Below, in pieces: positions 10,805 through 21,167 of a stretch of DNA of 64,000 nt. The notes beneath the pieces are model-generated. The model ran no database searches. It was not told the origin of the DNA and saw nothing but the letters and a program-made list of their open reading frames with translations. This DNA is from a bacterium (GTDB taxonomy: Bacteria > JAHJDO01). The position numbers and the translations under genes were made by a program. Positions within the stretch are counted from its first letter, which is position 1, and every line of letters starts with the position of its first letter. The stretch is taken from assembly GCA_043824255.1 (NCBI GenBank), contig JBDRTG010000047.1:160001-224000 (forward strand). The letters are read 5' to 3'.

Positions 10805-11547
10805 TATATCTTTTCCATTTCCTCATCAGAGATATCAAAGTTACTATAAACATGCTGCACATCATCATGATCTTCGAGTGTCTCCATAAGATGAAGCACC
10901 TGTTCAGCCTTTTTCCCTGCAACAGAAACTGTGTTCTTAGGTATCATAGTTATTTCTGCCAGCTCAGGAGTGATGCCCTCTTCCAGAATTGCTGCCTTCA
11001 CTTGTTCAAGAGTCTGAGAATTAGTTATAATCTCGTAGAAATCACTCTCTGTGTTCATATCTTCAGCTCCAGCGTCTAAAACAATTTCCATAAGTCTATC
11101 CTCAAGTACAGCATCTTTTTTAACATGACATAAGCCTTTTTTCTCAAACATCCACGCTACACTTCCTGCTTCAGCAAGATGTCCGCCATTTTTTGAGAAA
11201 ACATGTTTTATTTCAGAAGCTGTACGATTCTTATTATCAGTAAGAAGTTCTGCATAAATAGCTACTCCGGCAGGACCGTATCCTTCATACGCAAGCTCTT
11301 CGTAGTTCACTCCGGGTAATTCTCCTGTCCCTTTTTTAATTGCACGCTCTACATTTGACGCAGGCATGTTTGCATCCTTAGCTGCCTGAATAGCACTTCT
11401 TAGTCTGGCATTAGCACTGACATCGCCTCCTCCGCTGCGTGCAGCAACAGATATCTCCTTGATAAGCTTTGTAAATATCTTTCCGCGTTGCGCATCAACC
11501 TTTGCCTTCTTATGCTTGATTGATGCCCATTTTGAATGACCTGACAT
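10804..11547 (-). CDS. yebC: YebC/PmpR family protein
   Basis: MSGHSKWASIKHKK, YEGYGPAG, TDNKNRT, DDVQHVYSN. Confidence 0.97.
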   Translation of the reverse strand: MSGHSKWASIKHKKAKVDAQRGKIFTKLIKEISVAARSGGGDVSANARLRSAIQAAKDANMPASNVERAIKKGTGELPGVNYEELAYEGYGPAGVAIYAELLTDNKNRTASEIKHVFSKNGGHLAEAGSVAWMFEKKGLCHVKKDAVLEDRLMEIVLDAGAEDMNTESDFYEIITNSQTLEQVKAAILEEGITPELAEITMIPKNTVSVAGKKAEQVLHLMETLEDHDDVQHVYSNFDISDEEMEKI

Positions 11548-11552
11548 CTATT

Positions 11553-13595
11553 CTATCCTTTCTTCATTTTCTCTGTTTCTTCAACAACTTTAGTGCCTAT
11601 TTGCGCAGGAACCTGTTCATAATGCGAAAACTGCATGCTGTAAGTACCGCTTCCCTGTGTCATAGATTTAAGATCTGTTGCATACTTATAGAGCTCAGCC
11701 AAAGGAACATTCGCCTTTATTGTTTGAGTGTTTTCATCTGTATCAATTCCAATAATTCTCCCGCGTCTGGAGTTCAGGTCTCCATTAACATCTCCCATAT
11801 ATTGAGAAGGAATCGTAACCTCTATCTCCATGATCGGTTCCATTAACACAGGATTTGCCGCCGTCATAGCATCCTTAAACGCCATAGAGGCAGCTATCTG
11901 AAAGGCTATATCAGAGGAATCAACAGTATGAAATGTGCCATCATACAGAGATATACTTAAATCAACAACTGGATAGCCAGCAATAACTCCCTTTTGAATT
12001 GCCTGCTTTAATCCCTTTTCAACTGAAGAAATAAATTTGGCTGGAATAGCGCCTCCAACTATCTTATTAACAAACTCAAATCCCTTGCCAGTTTCCAGCG
12101 GTCCAACTTCAATATATACCTCAGCATATTGGCCGCGTCCCCCGGACTGTTTTTTGTATTTAGTATGACCTTTTGCAGATTTCCTTATTGTTTCTCTATA
12201 CGGAATTCTTGGTTTTTCCATACTAACATTCACACCAAATTTTTTTGCCAGTTTACTCACAATAACCTCCAAATGAAGTTCTCCAAGCCCGGAAATAATT
12301 GTTTGTCCGAATTCCTTATCAACTTCCACTCCTAATGTGGGATCCTCCTCTTTTAATCTGGTCAAAGCCGTACCAATTTTATCTTCGTCTTTTCTTGCCT
12401 CAGGTTTAATGGCGAATGATATGATTGATAGAGGAAATTTAAGAGGAGAAAAAACTATAGGATTTCCATGATCACATAAAGTATCACCTGTTTTCGTATT
12501 TTTCAGCTTAGCAACTATTCCAATATCCCCTGTATGGAGTTTATTTACATCTATTTTATTCTTTCCCTGCATTTGCACAATTTGTCCAAGTCTTTCCTTC
12601 TCCATTCTGGAAGAATTATAAACATCTGATGATGAAGATACTGTGCCCGAATATATTCTAAAAAAGCTCAGTTCCCCAAGATGAGGCTCGGATACGGTTT
12701 TAAATACCAACGCGCTAAATGGATCCGAATCATTAGCTTTCCTTTCTACGGCTTCATCTGTATTTGGCTTTTTCCCTGAAACAGTACCATCTACAACAGG
12801 AGACAGCATAGAAGAGATTATTAAATCTGTAAGCAATTTTACTCCTGTGTTGTTTAATGCAGAGCCGCACATTACCGGAATAAATAATCCTGATTGAATA
12901 CTTTTACTTAATGCGTTAGAAAGTTCCTCCTGAGAGAGTTCCTTCCCTTCAAGATATTTTTCTATCAAGGCATCATCTGTTTCAGCTAATGCCTCAACTA
13001 ATTTTTCCCTGTATTTATTTGCTTGATCTGAAAGAGCTTCAGGGATATTTGCCTTCATATTTAGTAAATCAATAACCCCATTAAAGGAAGATCCTTCTCC
13101 GATCGGAATCTGTAAAGGGATAACCCTTTCTTTGAATGTTTTTGCAGCAGACTCAATAATCTTGAAAAAATTTGAACCATCCCTACCTATTTTATTCACA
13201 AAAATTAATCTGCTTGAAGCTTCAGACTTTACCAGATTCCAGATCCTCTCATTCTGCAGGCTAACTTCTGTTGTAGAGTCACATATTATTATTACATTAT
13301 TTACAACTCTAAGCGCAGAGTTTAGTTCTCCTGTAAAGTCAGCATAACCAGGAGTATCAATAACATTTATTTTGATATCATCATATTCACATGCACAGAC
13401 CTTTGAAGTTATTGTTGTCATTCTTTGTGTTTCTTCAGGAAGATAATCAAAATTACTTGATCCCTCGTCTACCTTGCCCAGTCTGTTTGAACCCCCGCAG
13501 TTGTATAGAATTGCTTCTGCAAGAGAAGTCTTACCAGAGCTTGCTTGCCCTACCAGAACAATATTTCTTATGTTTTCGCTGGTACATTCCTTCAT
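11553..13595 (-). CDS. fusA: elongation factor G-like protein (EF-G2 type)
   Basis: IRNI...GKT, DTPG, EEDP, GLGELHLE, YRETI, KKQSGGRGQY, VDSS, DLNSRRG, DLKSMTQG. The G-domain motifs are degenerate. Confidence 0.9.
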   Translation of the reverse strand: MKECTSENIRNIVLVGQASSGKTSLAEAILYNCGGSNRLGKVDEGSSNFDYLPEETQRMTTITSKVCACEYDDIKINVIDTPGYADFTGELNSALRVVNNVIIICDSTTEVSLQNERIWNLVKSEASSRLIFVNKIGRDGSNFFKIIESAAKTFKERVIPLQIPIGEGSSFNGVIDLLNMKANIPEALSDQANKYREKLVEALAETDDALIEKYLEGKELSQEELSNALSKSIQSGLFIPVMCGSALNNTGVKLLTDLIISSMLSPVVDGTVSGKKPNTDEAVERKANDSDPFSALVFKTVSEPHLGELSFFRIYSGTVSSSSDVYNSSRMEKERLGQIVQMQGKNKIDVNKLHTGDIGIVAKLKNTKTGDTLCDHGNPIVFSPLKFPLSIISFAIKPEARKDEDKIGTALTRLKEEDPTLGVEVDKEFGQTIISGLGELHLEVIVSKLAKKFGVNVSMEKPRIPYRETIRKSAKGHTKYKKQSGGRGQYAEVYIEVGPLETGKGFEFVNKIVGGAIPAKFISSVEKGLKQAIQKGVIAGYPVVDLSISLYDGTFHTVDSSDIAFQIAASMAFKDAMTAANPVLMEPIMEIEVTIPSQYMGDVNGDLNSRRGRIIGIDTDENTQTIKANVPLAELYKYATDLKSMTQGSGTYSMQFSHYEQVPAQIGTKVVEETEKMKKG

Positions 13596-13633
13596 AAATG
13601 CCCCCCTTTTGCTAGTGTAAATATATCCTTCAA

Positions 13634-13700
13634 ACTATAGCACAGCGATATTTATCTTTTCAATAAGAATATTGACAAAGCCCTAAATGTTGTTCATAAT
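13634..13700. promoter_or_regulatory. divergent sigma70 promoters for the EF-G-like operon and serS
   Basis: Plus strand: TTGACA(13672)-17-CATAAT(13695). Minus strand: TTGAAA(13663)-18-TATAGT(13639) with an extended TG. Confidence 0.6.
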
Positions 13701-13728
13701 GCGGAACAGTTTTGTGGGAGTTAATATC

Positions 13729-15000
13729 ATGCTGGATATAAAATTTATAAGAGAAAAAACGAGCTGTGTAAAAAAAGCAGTAAAAAACAGAAATATGTCA
13801 GTGGATATTGATGAAATATTAGCCATCGATGAAGAAAGAAGGTTATTGCTCGGAAATGTAGAAGCTCTTAAGCAAGAAAGAAATACTGCTTCAACAGAAA
13901 TCTCAAGACTTAAAAAAGGGGGAGAAGACACAAACACTTTAATCAGTGAAATGAGGTTAATATCCCAAAAAATCAAAGAATTAGATGAGAAATTGGGTGG
14001 CGTAGATGAAAAATTGTACCAAAAGCTACTGTTTGTCCCAAATATTCCACACAAGACAACGCCAATTGGCAAGTCAGAAAAGGACAATGTTGAGATTAAA
14101 AAATGGGGGAGGATACCAAAATTCACTTTTACTCCAAAGACTCATTGGGAAATTGCAAAACATCTGGATATACTGGATTTTGAGAGAGCTTCAAAGATAA
14201 CAGGCAGCCACTTTTGTCTTTATAAGGGCTCAGGCGCCAGACTTGAAAGGGCGCTTATAAATTTCATGCTTGATATTCACACAAAAAAGCATGGCTATAA
14301 AGAAGTATCAACTCCCTTTATAGCAAACAGGCTTTCTATGACAGGCACAGGGCAGCTGCCCAAAATGGAAGAAGATATGTATAGATGCGAGATAGACGAT
14401 TTTTTTCTCATACCAACTGCAGAAGTACCCGTTACAAATATACATAGAGACGAGGTATTAAAAGAGGATGATTTGCCAATCTGCTATACAGCGTATTCTC
14501 CATGCTTTAGAAGAGAAGCCGGCTCTTATGGGAAAGACACCAGAGGACTTAATAGAGTACATCAATTTGATAAGGTTGAAATGGTGAAGTTCGTAAAGCC
14601 TGAGAACTCTTATGATGAGCTTGAATCTTTACTTAAAAACGCAGAAACTATACTTCGCAAATTAGAGCTTCCATACAGGGTTATTGTGCTGAATACAACA
14701 GATATTTCGTTTGCAGCAGCAAAATGCTATGATATTGAGGTATGGGGAGCTGGACAAAATAAGTATTTTGAAGTTTCTTCCTGTAGTAATTTTGAGGATT
14801 TTCAGGCAAGACGTGCTAATATAAGGTTCAGAAGAAAACAGACAGAAAAGGTAGAGTTTGTGCACACCTTGAACGGTTCTGGTGTGGCTCTTGCAAGAAC
14901 CGTTGTTGCGCTTCTGGAAAATAATCAAAGGGAAGATGGAAGTGTTTTAATCCCCAAAGCTCTCCAGCCCTACATGGATGGGATGGAGGTTATAGAATAA
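13729..15000 (+). CDS. serS: serine--tRNA ligase
   Basis: [57 protein letters not shown]. Start moved to ATG 13729 (GGGAG RBS). Confidence 0.98.
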   Translation: MLDIKFIREKTSCVKKAVKNRNMSVDIDEILAIDEERRLLLGNVEALKQERNTASTEISRLKKGGEDTNTLISEMRLISQKIKELDEKLGGVDEKLYQKLLFVPNIPHKTTPIGKSEKDNVEIKKWGRIPKFTFTPKTHWEIAKHLDILDFERASKITGSHFCLYKGSGARLERALINFMLDIHTKKHGYKEVSTPFIANRLSMTGTGQLPKMEEDMYRCEIDDFFLIPTAEVPVTNIHRDEVLKEDDLPICYTAYSPCFRREAGSYGKDTRGLNRVHQFDKVEMVKFVKPENSYDELESLLKNAETILRKLELPYRVIVLNTTDISFAAAKCYDIEVWGAGQNKYFEVSSCSNFEDFQARRANIRFRRKQTEKVEFVHTLNGSGVALARTVVALLENNQREDGSVLIPKALQPYMDGMEVIE

Positions 15001-15012
15001 AAAGGAGGAATT

Positions 15013-16023
15013 ATGGAATACGGTGGTGGTAGTGGTTCGGATGATCTAGAACGCATGATTAATTTAGGGAAGCAGAAGCTCAGTAAGTTTGGAGGCGTAG
15101 TTCCACTTATAGTCGTTGGCTTCTTTATATTGATACTGCTAAAAAGCGCAATCTATTCCATTGGTCCGGATGAGGTAGGCGTTATACAGCGCTTTGGCAA
15201 ATATATTGCTCCGCCAGTCGGATCAGGGTTACATGTAAAGCTGCCATTTGGAATAGACAAGGTAACCCCTGTAAAAGTTGAGCGTATATCTAAACAGGAG
15301 TTTGGCGTGAGGACTCTTCGTTCAGGAGTAAGAACCCAATATTCAACCGGTTCTTATCTTGATGAATCTCTGATGCTTACAGGCGATCTCAATATTCTGG
15401 ATGTGCGCTGGATTGTGCAGTTCAGGGTAAAAGATCCTGTACAACTGCTTTTTAATACCAGAGATCCTGAGGATAATGTACGTGATATCTCCGAGGTAGT
15501 GATGCGGAGGTTCGTAGGTAATTACAGCGTAGATGAGGTCCTCAGCACAAAGAGAGAAGAGATTGATGACCTTGCGCATATTGAGATGCAAAAGATATTG
15601 GATAAGTATGAAACAGGGATTCAGATCGTTACTGTGAAACTTCAGGATGTAAATCCTCCTGATGAAGTAAAGCCTGCATTTAACGAGGTCAATGAGGCGA
15701 AGCAGGAAAGAGAGAGGGTAATCAACCAGGCGCGGCAGGCGTATAACAAGATTATCCCGCGAGCTAAAGGCGAGGCTGAGCAAACAATACGAGAGGCTGA
15801 AGGATACGCTCTGGACAAAATAAACAGAGCAAAAGGTGAAGCAGAGAGATTCTCGACAGTACTCGCGGAATACAAGAAAGCCCCGGATATAACCCAAAAA
15901 AGGCTTTACTTAGAGACAATGATGGAGGTTTTACCTAATGCAAAAGAAAAGTATATAATTGACCCGAAGCAGTCTTCAATATTGCCACTGCTTAATCTTG
16001 GACAAAAAGGAGGAGTAAAATAA
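15013..16023 (+). CDS. hflK: FtsH protease modulator HflK
   Basis: TM segment plus SPFH domain: RFGK, GLH.KLPFGI, MLTGDLN, LQDVNPP..V..AFNEV, IIPRAKGEA, RLYLETM. Confidence 0.95.
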   Translation: MEYGGGSGSDDLERMINLGKQKLSKFGGVVPLIVVGFFILILLKSAIYSIGPDEVGVIQRFGKYIAPPVGSGLHVKLPFGIDKVTPVKVERISKQEFGVRTLRSGVRTQYSTGSYLDESLMLTGDLNILDVRWIVQFRVKDPVQLLFNTRDPEDNVRDISEVVMRRFVGNYSVDEVLSTKREEIDDLAHIEMQKILDKYETGIQIVTVKLQDVNPPDEVKPAFNEVNEAKQERERVINQARQAYNKIIPRAKGEAEQTIREAEGYALDKINRAKGEAERFSTVLAEYKKAPDITQKRLYLETMMEVLPNAKEKYIIDPKQSSILPLLNLGQKGGVK

Positions 16024-16976
16024 TGAAAAAACTTTTAAATATATTTATTGCCTTAATTATCTTAATAATACTTATAGCTATGAGCGGTGTGATGTATGTT
16101 GTAGATGAGACGAAACAGGTTGTGATAACCCAATTTGGCAAACCTGTTGGTAATCCAATTACAAACGCAGGACTGCACTTTAAAAAACCATTTATTCAGA
16201 AAGCGCGTTACTTTGAGAAACGGCTTCTTGAGTGGGATGGCGATCCCAATCAGATTCCCACCAATGATAAAAAATATATCTGGGTTGATGCTACTGCACG
16301 CTGGAAGATTGTTGATGCGTTGAAATTTCTGCAGTCGGTGAACAATGAGATGGGAGCTCACGCAAGGATTGATGACATTATCAATTCAGCAACCAGGGAT
16401 ACAATTACAAGGCATCTCCTTGTTGAGACAGTAAGAAATTCCAATCGCATTGTAGACGAGGTGAAAGAAGTGGGGAAAGACGTAATAATTACTGACGAAG
16501 CCCTTGAACGCATAGAAGTAGGCCGGAACAAATTAGAGGAGATAATCTTACACGATGCAAAAGAACTTGCTCCCAAGTATGGCATAGAACTTGTTGATGT
16601 GCGAATTAAGCGGGTCAATTATGTAGAAGATGTAAGGAGAAAAGTCTATGATCGTATGATTTCCGAGAGAAAGCGCGCTGCTGAACAATATCGCTCTGAA
16701 GGACAGGGCAGACGCGCTGAAATAGACGGACAGAGAGGAAAGGAACTCAAACTAATTACATCTGAAGCATATAGGCAAGCTGAGGGGTTAAAAGGCAAGG
16801 CGGATGCTGAGGTAATAGGCATCTATGCCGCGGCATATAACCAGGATCCTGAGTTTTATTCATTCTTAAAAACCCTTGAGACGTATAAAAAGACCATTGA
16901 TGAGAACAGCACAATAATCCTTACAACGGACAGTGATTATTACAAGTACCTGAAAGGACTGAATCTTATTAAATAA
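16023..16976 (+). CDS. hflC: FtsH protease modulator HflC
   Basis: TQFGKP, GLHFKKPFIQ, DKK, YGIELVDVRIKR, VYDRMISER, RSEG, DPEFYSF. Coupled to hflK. Confidence 0.95.
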   Translation: MKKLLNIFIALIILIILIAMSGVMYVVDETKQVVITQFGKPVGNPITNAGLHFKKPFIQKARYFEKRLLEWDGDPNQIPTNDKKYIWVDATARWKIVDALKFLQSVNNEMGAHARIDDIINSATRDTITRHLLVETVRNSNRIVDEVKEVGKDVIITDEALERIEVGRNKLEEIILHDAKELAPKYGIELVDVRIKRVNYVEDVRRKVYDRMISERKRAAEQYRSEGQGRRAEIDGQRGKELKLITSEAYRQAEGLKGKADAEVIGIYAAAYNQDPEFYSFLKTLETYKKTIDENSTIILTTDSDYYKYLKGLNLIK

Positions 16977-16981
16977 AGATC

Positions 16982-17069
16982 GGAGGGATGGCTGAGTGGC
17001 TGAAAGCGGCGGTCTTGAAAACCGTTTTCCGGCAACGGAACGTGGGTTCAAATCCTACTCCCTCCGCCA
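16982..17069 (+). tRNA. tRNA-Ser (anticodon UGA)
   Basis: GGAGGGA/TCCCTCC acceptor stem, anticodon loop CT-TGA-AA, long variable arm, GGTTCAAATCC T-arm, encoded GCCA end. Confidence 0.95.
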
Positions 17070-17146
17070 AGAACCAGAACAAAGTTCGGTTCTTGGCTGG
17101 TCCGAATCGATCTCTGATCTGGTTCGGACCGCCCAGTATTTACTAT

Positions 17147-17236
17147 GGAGAGGTGGCCGAGTGGCTGAAGGCAGCTGCCTGCTAAGCAGTTGTGGGGGTA
17201 ACTCCACCCCGGGTTCGAATCCCGGCCTCTCCGCCA
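17147..17236 (+). tRNA. tRNA-Ser (anticodon GCU)
   Basis: GGAGAGG/CCTCTCC acceptor stem, anticodon loop CT-GCT-AA, long variable arm, GGTTCGAATCC, GCCA end. Confidence 0.95.
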
Positions 17237-17291
17237 TGCACCAGAGCGAAGAAATATAATTAAATTAATCTATAATTAATAAGGAGGTAGT

Positions 17292-17840
17292 ATGAAAGAC
17301 TTTGATCGATATGCTAAATTTAGCAAAAGAGACTCAGGAAGAGATTCTGGAAGATTTGGCGGAAGGGATTCTGGAAGACGCAGCTTTGAAAAGCAGATGC
17401 ATGAAGCAACCTGCGACAAATGCGGTAAGCAATGTGAAGTCCCTTTCAAACCCACTGAAGGCAAACCTGTTTACTGCAGTGATTGTTTTGAAAAAACAGG
17501 AAATTCCAGTAGATATGGTGATAGAGATTCAAGAAGACCTGATAGAGGAGGCTATAATAGATCCGGAGGAAGAGATTCGGGAAGATTCAGCAGTAGAGAT
17601 TCTGGATCAAATAAACCTGATCAATTTATAAAAGAATTTGACCAGCTTAACAGAAAACTTGATACCATACTAAAAGCATTAGAGGTTCCAAGAAATGAAC
17701 AGGTTGTAGAAAAACCTGTTAAAGAGCCTAAAAAAACAGAAATAAAAGTTGAGAAAAAAAAGATTGTAAAAAAGAAAGAACAACCTAAGGCAAAGAAGAA
17801 AAAGGCTGCGGCAAAAAAACCGGTTAAAAAATCAGGATAG
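17292..17840 (+). CDS. CxxC-x17-CxxC zinc-ribbon protein with RDSG repeats and a Lys-rich tail
   Basis: MHEATCDKCGKQCEVPFKPTEGKPVYCSDCF. Strong AAGGAGGT RBS. Confidence 0.85.
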   Translation: MKDFDRYAKFSKRDSGRDSGRFGGRDSGRRSFEKQMHEATCDKCGKQCEVPFKPTEGKPVYCSDCFEKTGNSSRYGDRDSRRPDRGGYNRSGGRDSGRFSSRDSGSNKPDQFIKEFDQLNRKLDTILKALEVPRNEQVVEKPVKEPKKTEIKVEKKKIVKKKEQPKAKKKKAAAKKPVKKSG

Positions 17841-18983
17841 ATAATACCCATGTACGGGGCTTATGAAAAGTATTCGGATAATGGCTGCAGCTGTAAGAAG
17901 CCCTGCCAAAATAAACAGATACTTTGAAAGTTTGTCTCTGTCTTTTGCATAGCTCAGAATCATAAAAGGGAAAATGGCAAACGTTATTCGTGTCGCTGCA
18001 GCTAATGCTTCCCATATCTCCCAACATATAAAAATTGATATAAACGCCTGAATAAATAAATTCCAGTTGTATATGTTCTTGTTTCTTAAAAGTTTTATTG
18101 CGGAAACAGCTAGAACTAACATCACGAAACAAAAGTAAGGGATAACGCTTATTTCTCTAAGTATATGCTTAAAATCTCCTCTCAAGTTAATACTGCTTAG
18201 CTTTTGTAGTATCCCTGCAAAGGGCAAAACCAGGTGTCCCGATGAACCAAGAAGAGGGATTTTGCCAAGTCTCTGATACAGAAAAAATTGAAGAATAACA
18301 AACGGTATGAATGATAGAATGATTACAAAGCTATTTTTATATCTTTTTTTAAAAAATTCATACATTAAGAAAACTAATATTATAAGCCCTGCAATTTCCC
18401 TTGTAAGAAGTGCAAGCGAAAAGAAAAGAGCTGTTGAGACTGTCTTCTTCTCTTCATAAAAATAAATCCCTATTAGTATCAAACATAGAAAAAGAGGGGT
18501 TGTTAAATTGTACTGCAAAGCTACAATATTACCTATTCCCAAAGAATAAATTAAAGCATACCAGATACTCACATTGTGTTTTTTGAGAATTATTGATAAA
18601 AACAGAGTACCTACCAGAATTGAAATTATATTAACAATCAAGAGTGTCCAGGGCAAAAGAGCCTTATTGCCAAAAGCCAATATATAGGCCAAAAATGGAT
18701 AAAGAAAACGCTGGTATTTTTTTAAATCTATACGGTGGAAATTTGTCTTTATGAAAGGGTCTGATGCTGCATAATAATACGCTTGTCCATCGTATCCACT
18801 GATATTTTTCATAATTATAAAATTCGGAGGGACTAGTTTTTTTATAACGAAAGGGCTTTTTTCTCCAAGATGTATAAAGCAGCTAAGGTTAAAGTCATAG
18901 CGGCTTGCGATAATGCCTGTAATAACAAGATAAAAGAGAAATGTGATGAGGAGCAGTTTAGGTAAACAGAAAGATTTTTTCAT
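17832..18983 (-). CDS. multi-pass membrane protein, GT-C-like
   Basis: GYDGQAYY loop after the first TM, R.LYP.LA, LALLTRE, many TM segments. Last gene of the glycan operon. Confidence 0.65.
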   Translation of the reverse strand: MKKSFCLPKLLLITFLFYLVITGIIASRYDFNLSCFIHLGEKSPFVIKKLVPPNFIIMKNISGYDGQAYYYAASDPFIKTNFHRIDLKKYQRFLYPFLAYILAFGNKALLPWTLLIVNIISILVGTLFLSIILKKHNVSIWYALIYSLGIGNIVALQYNLTTPLFLCLILIGIYFYEEKKTVSTALFFSLALLTREIAGLIILVFLMYEFFKKRYKNSFVIILSFIPFVILQFFLYQRLGKIPLLGSSGHLVLPFAGILQKLSSINLRGDFKHILREISVIPYFCFVMLVLAVSAIKLLRNKNIYNWNLFIQAFISIFICWEIWEALAAATRITFAIFPFMILSYAKDRDKLSKYLFILAGLLTAAAIIRILFISPVHGYYLS

Positions 18984-19676
18984 TTAACTAACAAAACGAT
19001 ATTTTATTAATGTCCAAATTGCAGAAAAACCATCTTTCCAGCAGACCTTTTTACCTTCTGAGTAATCTCTTCCATAATAAGAGATTGGTATTTCATAGAC
19101 TCTGTAGTTTTGTCTGAATATTTTCGCAGTGATTTCCGGCTCTATATCAAAACGATCTGACGTTAGATTAATGGAGTCCAACACCTTTTTTGTCATAACC
19201 TTATAGCATGTTTCCATATCAGAAATTGTTGTGTTATAAAGAATATTTGTAAGGAAGGTAAGAAACTTGTTTCCTACAAGGTGCCAGAAAAGATACATTC
19301 TTTGAGGCTTGCCTCCTGAAAGACGGGACCCATATACAACATCTGCAAAACCATCTGTAATAGGCTTTATCAGATCTTTAATCTCTTCAGGTTCATATTC
19401 TAAATCAGCGTCCTGAATTGCTATAATCTCTCCCTTAACATGCTTGAAACCTGTACGCAAGGCCGCCCCTTTGCCATGATTCGCCATATGATAAAAAATA
19501 CTTACTTCCGGATATCTGCTATCCAGTTTTTCTTTTATAAGCTCGCACGTGCCGTCTGTAGAACAGTCATCCACAATTATTATCTCTTTTTCTACGTCCA
19601 GAGCTTTTACCTTTTCTATAATCTTAAGTATGGTATTTTTCTCATTATATACAGGCACAACAATAGAAAGTTTCAT
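18984..19676 (-). CDS. GT2 glycosyltransferase (polyprenol-phosphate glycosyltransferase-like)
   Basis: SIVVPVYNE, VDDCSTDGT, NHGKGAALR, QDADLEY, VYGSR, DMETCYK, FDIEPE. Confidence 0.92.
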   Translation of the reverse strand: MKLSIVVPVYNEKNTILKIIEKVKALDVEKEIIIVDDCSTDGTCELIKEKLDSRYPEVSIFYHMANHGKGAALRTGFKHVKGEIIAIQDADLEYEPEEIKDLIKPITDGFADVVYGSRLSGGKPQRMYLFWHLVGNKFLTFLTNILYNTTISDMETCYKVMTKKVLDSINLTSDRFDIEPEITAKIFRQNYRVYEIPISYYGRDYSEGKKVCWKDGFSAIWTLIKYRFVS

Positions 19677-19694
19677 ATATGTCTCCTACATAAG

Positions 19695-21167
19695 TTACGT
19701 GTTTTTCAGCAGCATTCGCATCCCTTTTAGTATTGCAGAAAACCCCCGCTTTTTCAAAATAGTTTTAATCACAGCCGGTCGGCTAATGACATTTTTGAAT
19801 AGATAATATCTGTTAATTCCTTTTCTTATTCTTTTCCAAGTTTTTTCAAGCTCATTAACTGATAAGCTTCTGGTTCGCATAACAGCATGCGCTCCAACAC
19901 GAACCCGCTTTCCAACTATAAGCGGATACATATCGCCTACAGCAATTAAATTCTCTTTCTCTGCAATGTCAAAAAGTTGTGTTTTTGGATATGGAAACGC
20001 CATTGTAAGATGGATATTATCAGCATCCAGTTCCTTTGCAAGCTCAGACGTTCTATGCAGCGTATTTTTATCATCCCATGGCATGCCTACTATTAAATCA
20101 CAGTTTGCCTTTATGCCAGCCTCCTTTGTCTGTTTAATAACATCTATTGCTTCTTGATTCGAGAAATTCTTCTGCATATCTTTCCTGACTGACGGATCTC
20201 CGGATTCTATGCCATACTCTATGAGCTTGCATCCCGCTCTAGCCATTTTCTCAATGAGGCTCTGGTTAATGCAATCTATTCTGGTTAAACAGCGCCACTC
20301 GAGATTTAGATTTCTTTTTATTATTCCATCACATATTTTTTCTGCGCGAGGCTGGTCGAGAGTAAAAGTTTCATCCCAGAAGAAGAATCCATGAATTTTA
20401 TACTTAACTACAACATACTCCAGCTCGCTAAGCACTCTTTCAGAAGACATTGCCTTCCATTTTCGGTCATATCCCCTCCATTTGCTTGAGCCTATTATGC
20501 AAAAAGGACATGCATACGGACAATCCCTTGTAGTTCTTATTCTAATCCCGGGAACCAGTTTCTCGTGAAAAGGAAGATCTAAGTATCCAATTGAATATCT
20601 GTCCATTGGAAATAATTCATATGCCATAAAAGGCAGCTCATTCAACGAGCTCACGATATCAGCAAAACCTGTTGCAACAATTTTCCCATCCGCATCTCTA
20701 AACGCTATGCCTTTTACATCTTTAAGATTTGATTTCATATTTTTGACTATATCCGGGATAACTACCTCAGGCTGTCCTCGTACAATAATATCTAAATTTG
20801 GGAAGTCTTCTAACATTCGCTCCGGATATATAGGAGCCAGCACACTTTCTATAAGAATTGTTTTAATATTTCTCCCAAACTTTCTTTTTGCAATATCCGC
20901 TACTTTCATATCATGAGATATCAGTCCGGCTGCTGATTGGAAGATCACAGCATCACACTCAGGAATTTGCTCCTCAAGTTCACCCCAGCCTAACTCAAGG
21001 GCGTTTGCATCAATAACCTGAACATCAGAAACATGTTTTAGCACACTGATGATCTGTGCAAGCCGGATGGGGAAAGGCACGTATTTGACATTCTGAAAAC
21101 ATATTTCATCTCTGAGAGTGTAGAGCCTTTTGTCGTATTTAGGAGGATTTATTAATAATATCTTCAC
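19695..21167 (-). CDS. B12-binding radical SAM protein
   Basis: KILLINPP N-terminus, RDCPYACPFC, FWDETF, GIESG, PYPKT. Confidence 0.9.
   Translation of the reverse strand: MKILLINPPKYDKRLYTLRDEICFQNVKYVPFPIRLAQIISVLKHVSDVQVIDANALELGWGELEEQIPECDAVIFQSAAGLISHDMKVADIAKRKFGRNIKTILIESVLAPIYPERMLEDFPNLDIIVRGQPEVVIPDIVKNMKSNLKDVKGIAFRDADGKIVATGFADIVSSLNELPFMAYELFPMDRYSIGYLDLPFHEKLVPGIRIRTTRDCPYACPFCIIGSSKWRGYDRKWKAMSSERVLSELEYVVVKYKIHGFFFWDETFTLDQPRAEKICDGIIKRNLNLEWRCLTRIDCINQSLIEKMARAGCKLIEYGIESGDPSVRKDMQKNFSNQEAIDVIKQTKEAGIKANCDLIVGMPWDDKNTLHRTSELAKELDADNIHLTMAFPYPKTQLFDIAEKENLIAVGDMYPLIVGKRVRVGAHAVMRTRSLSVNELEKTWKRIRKGINRYYLFKNVISRPAVIKTILKKRGFSAILKGMRMLLKNT

Noticed and set aside
16982..17069. 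tRNA-Sec or opal suppressor
   Set aside because: Anticodon UGA reads UCA (Ser), whereas tRNA-Sec has anticodon UCA. The structure is an ordinary tRNA-Ser.
16866..17259. Short ORFs at 16866, 16988, 16996 and 17055
   Set aside because: They overlap the two tRNA genes and are translation artefacts.
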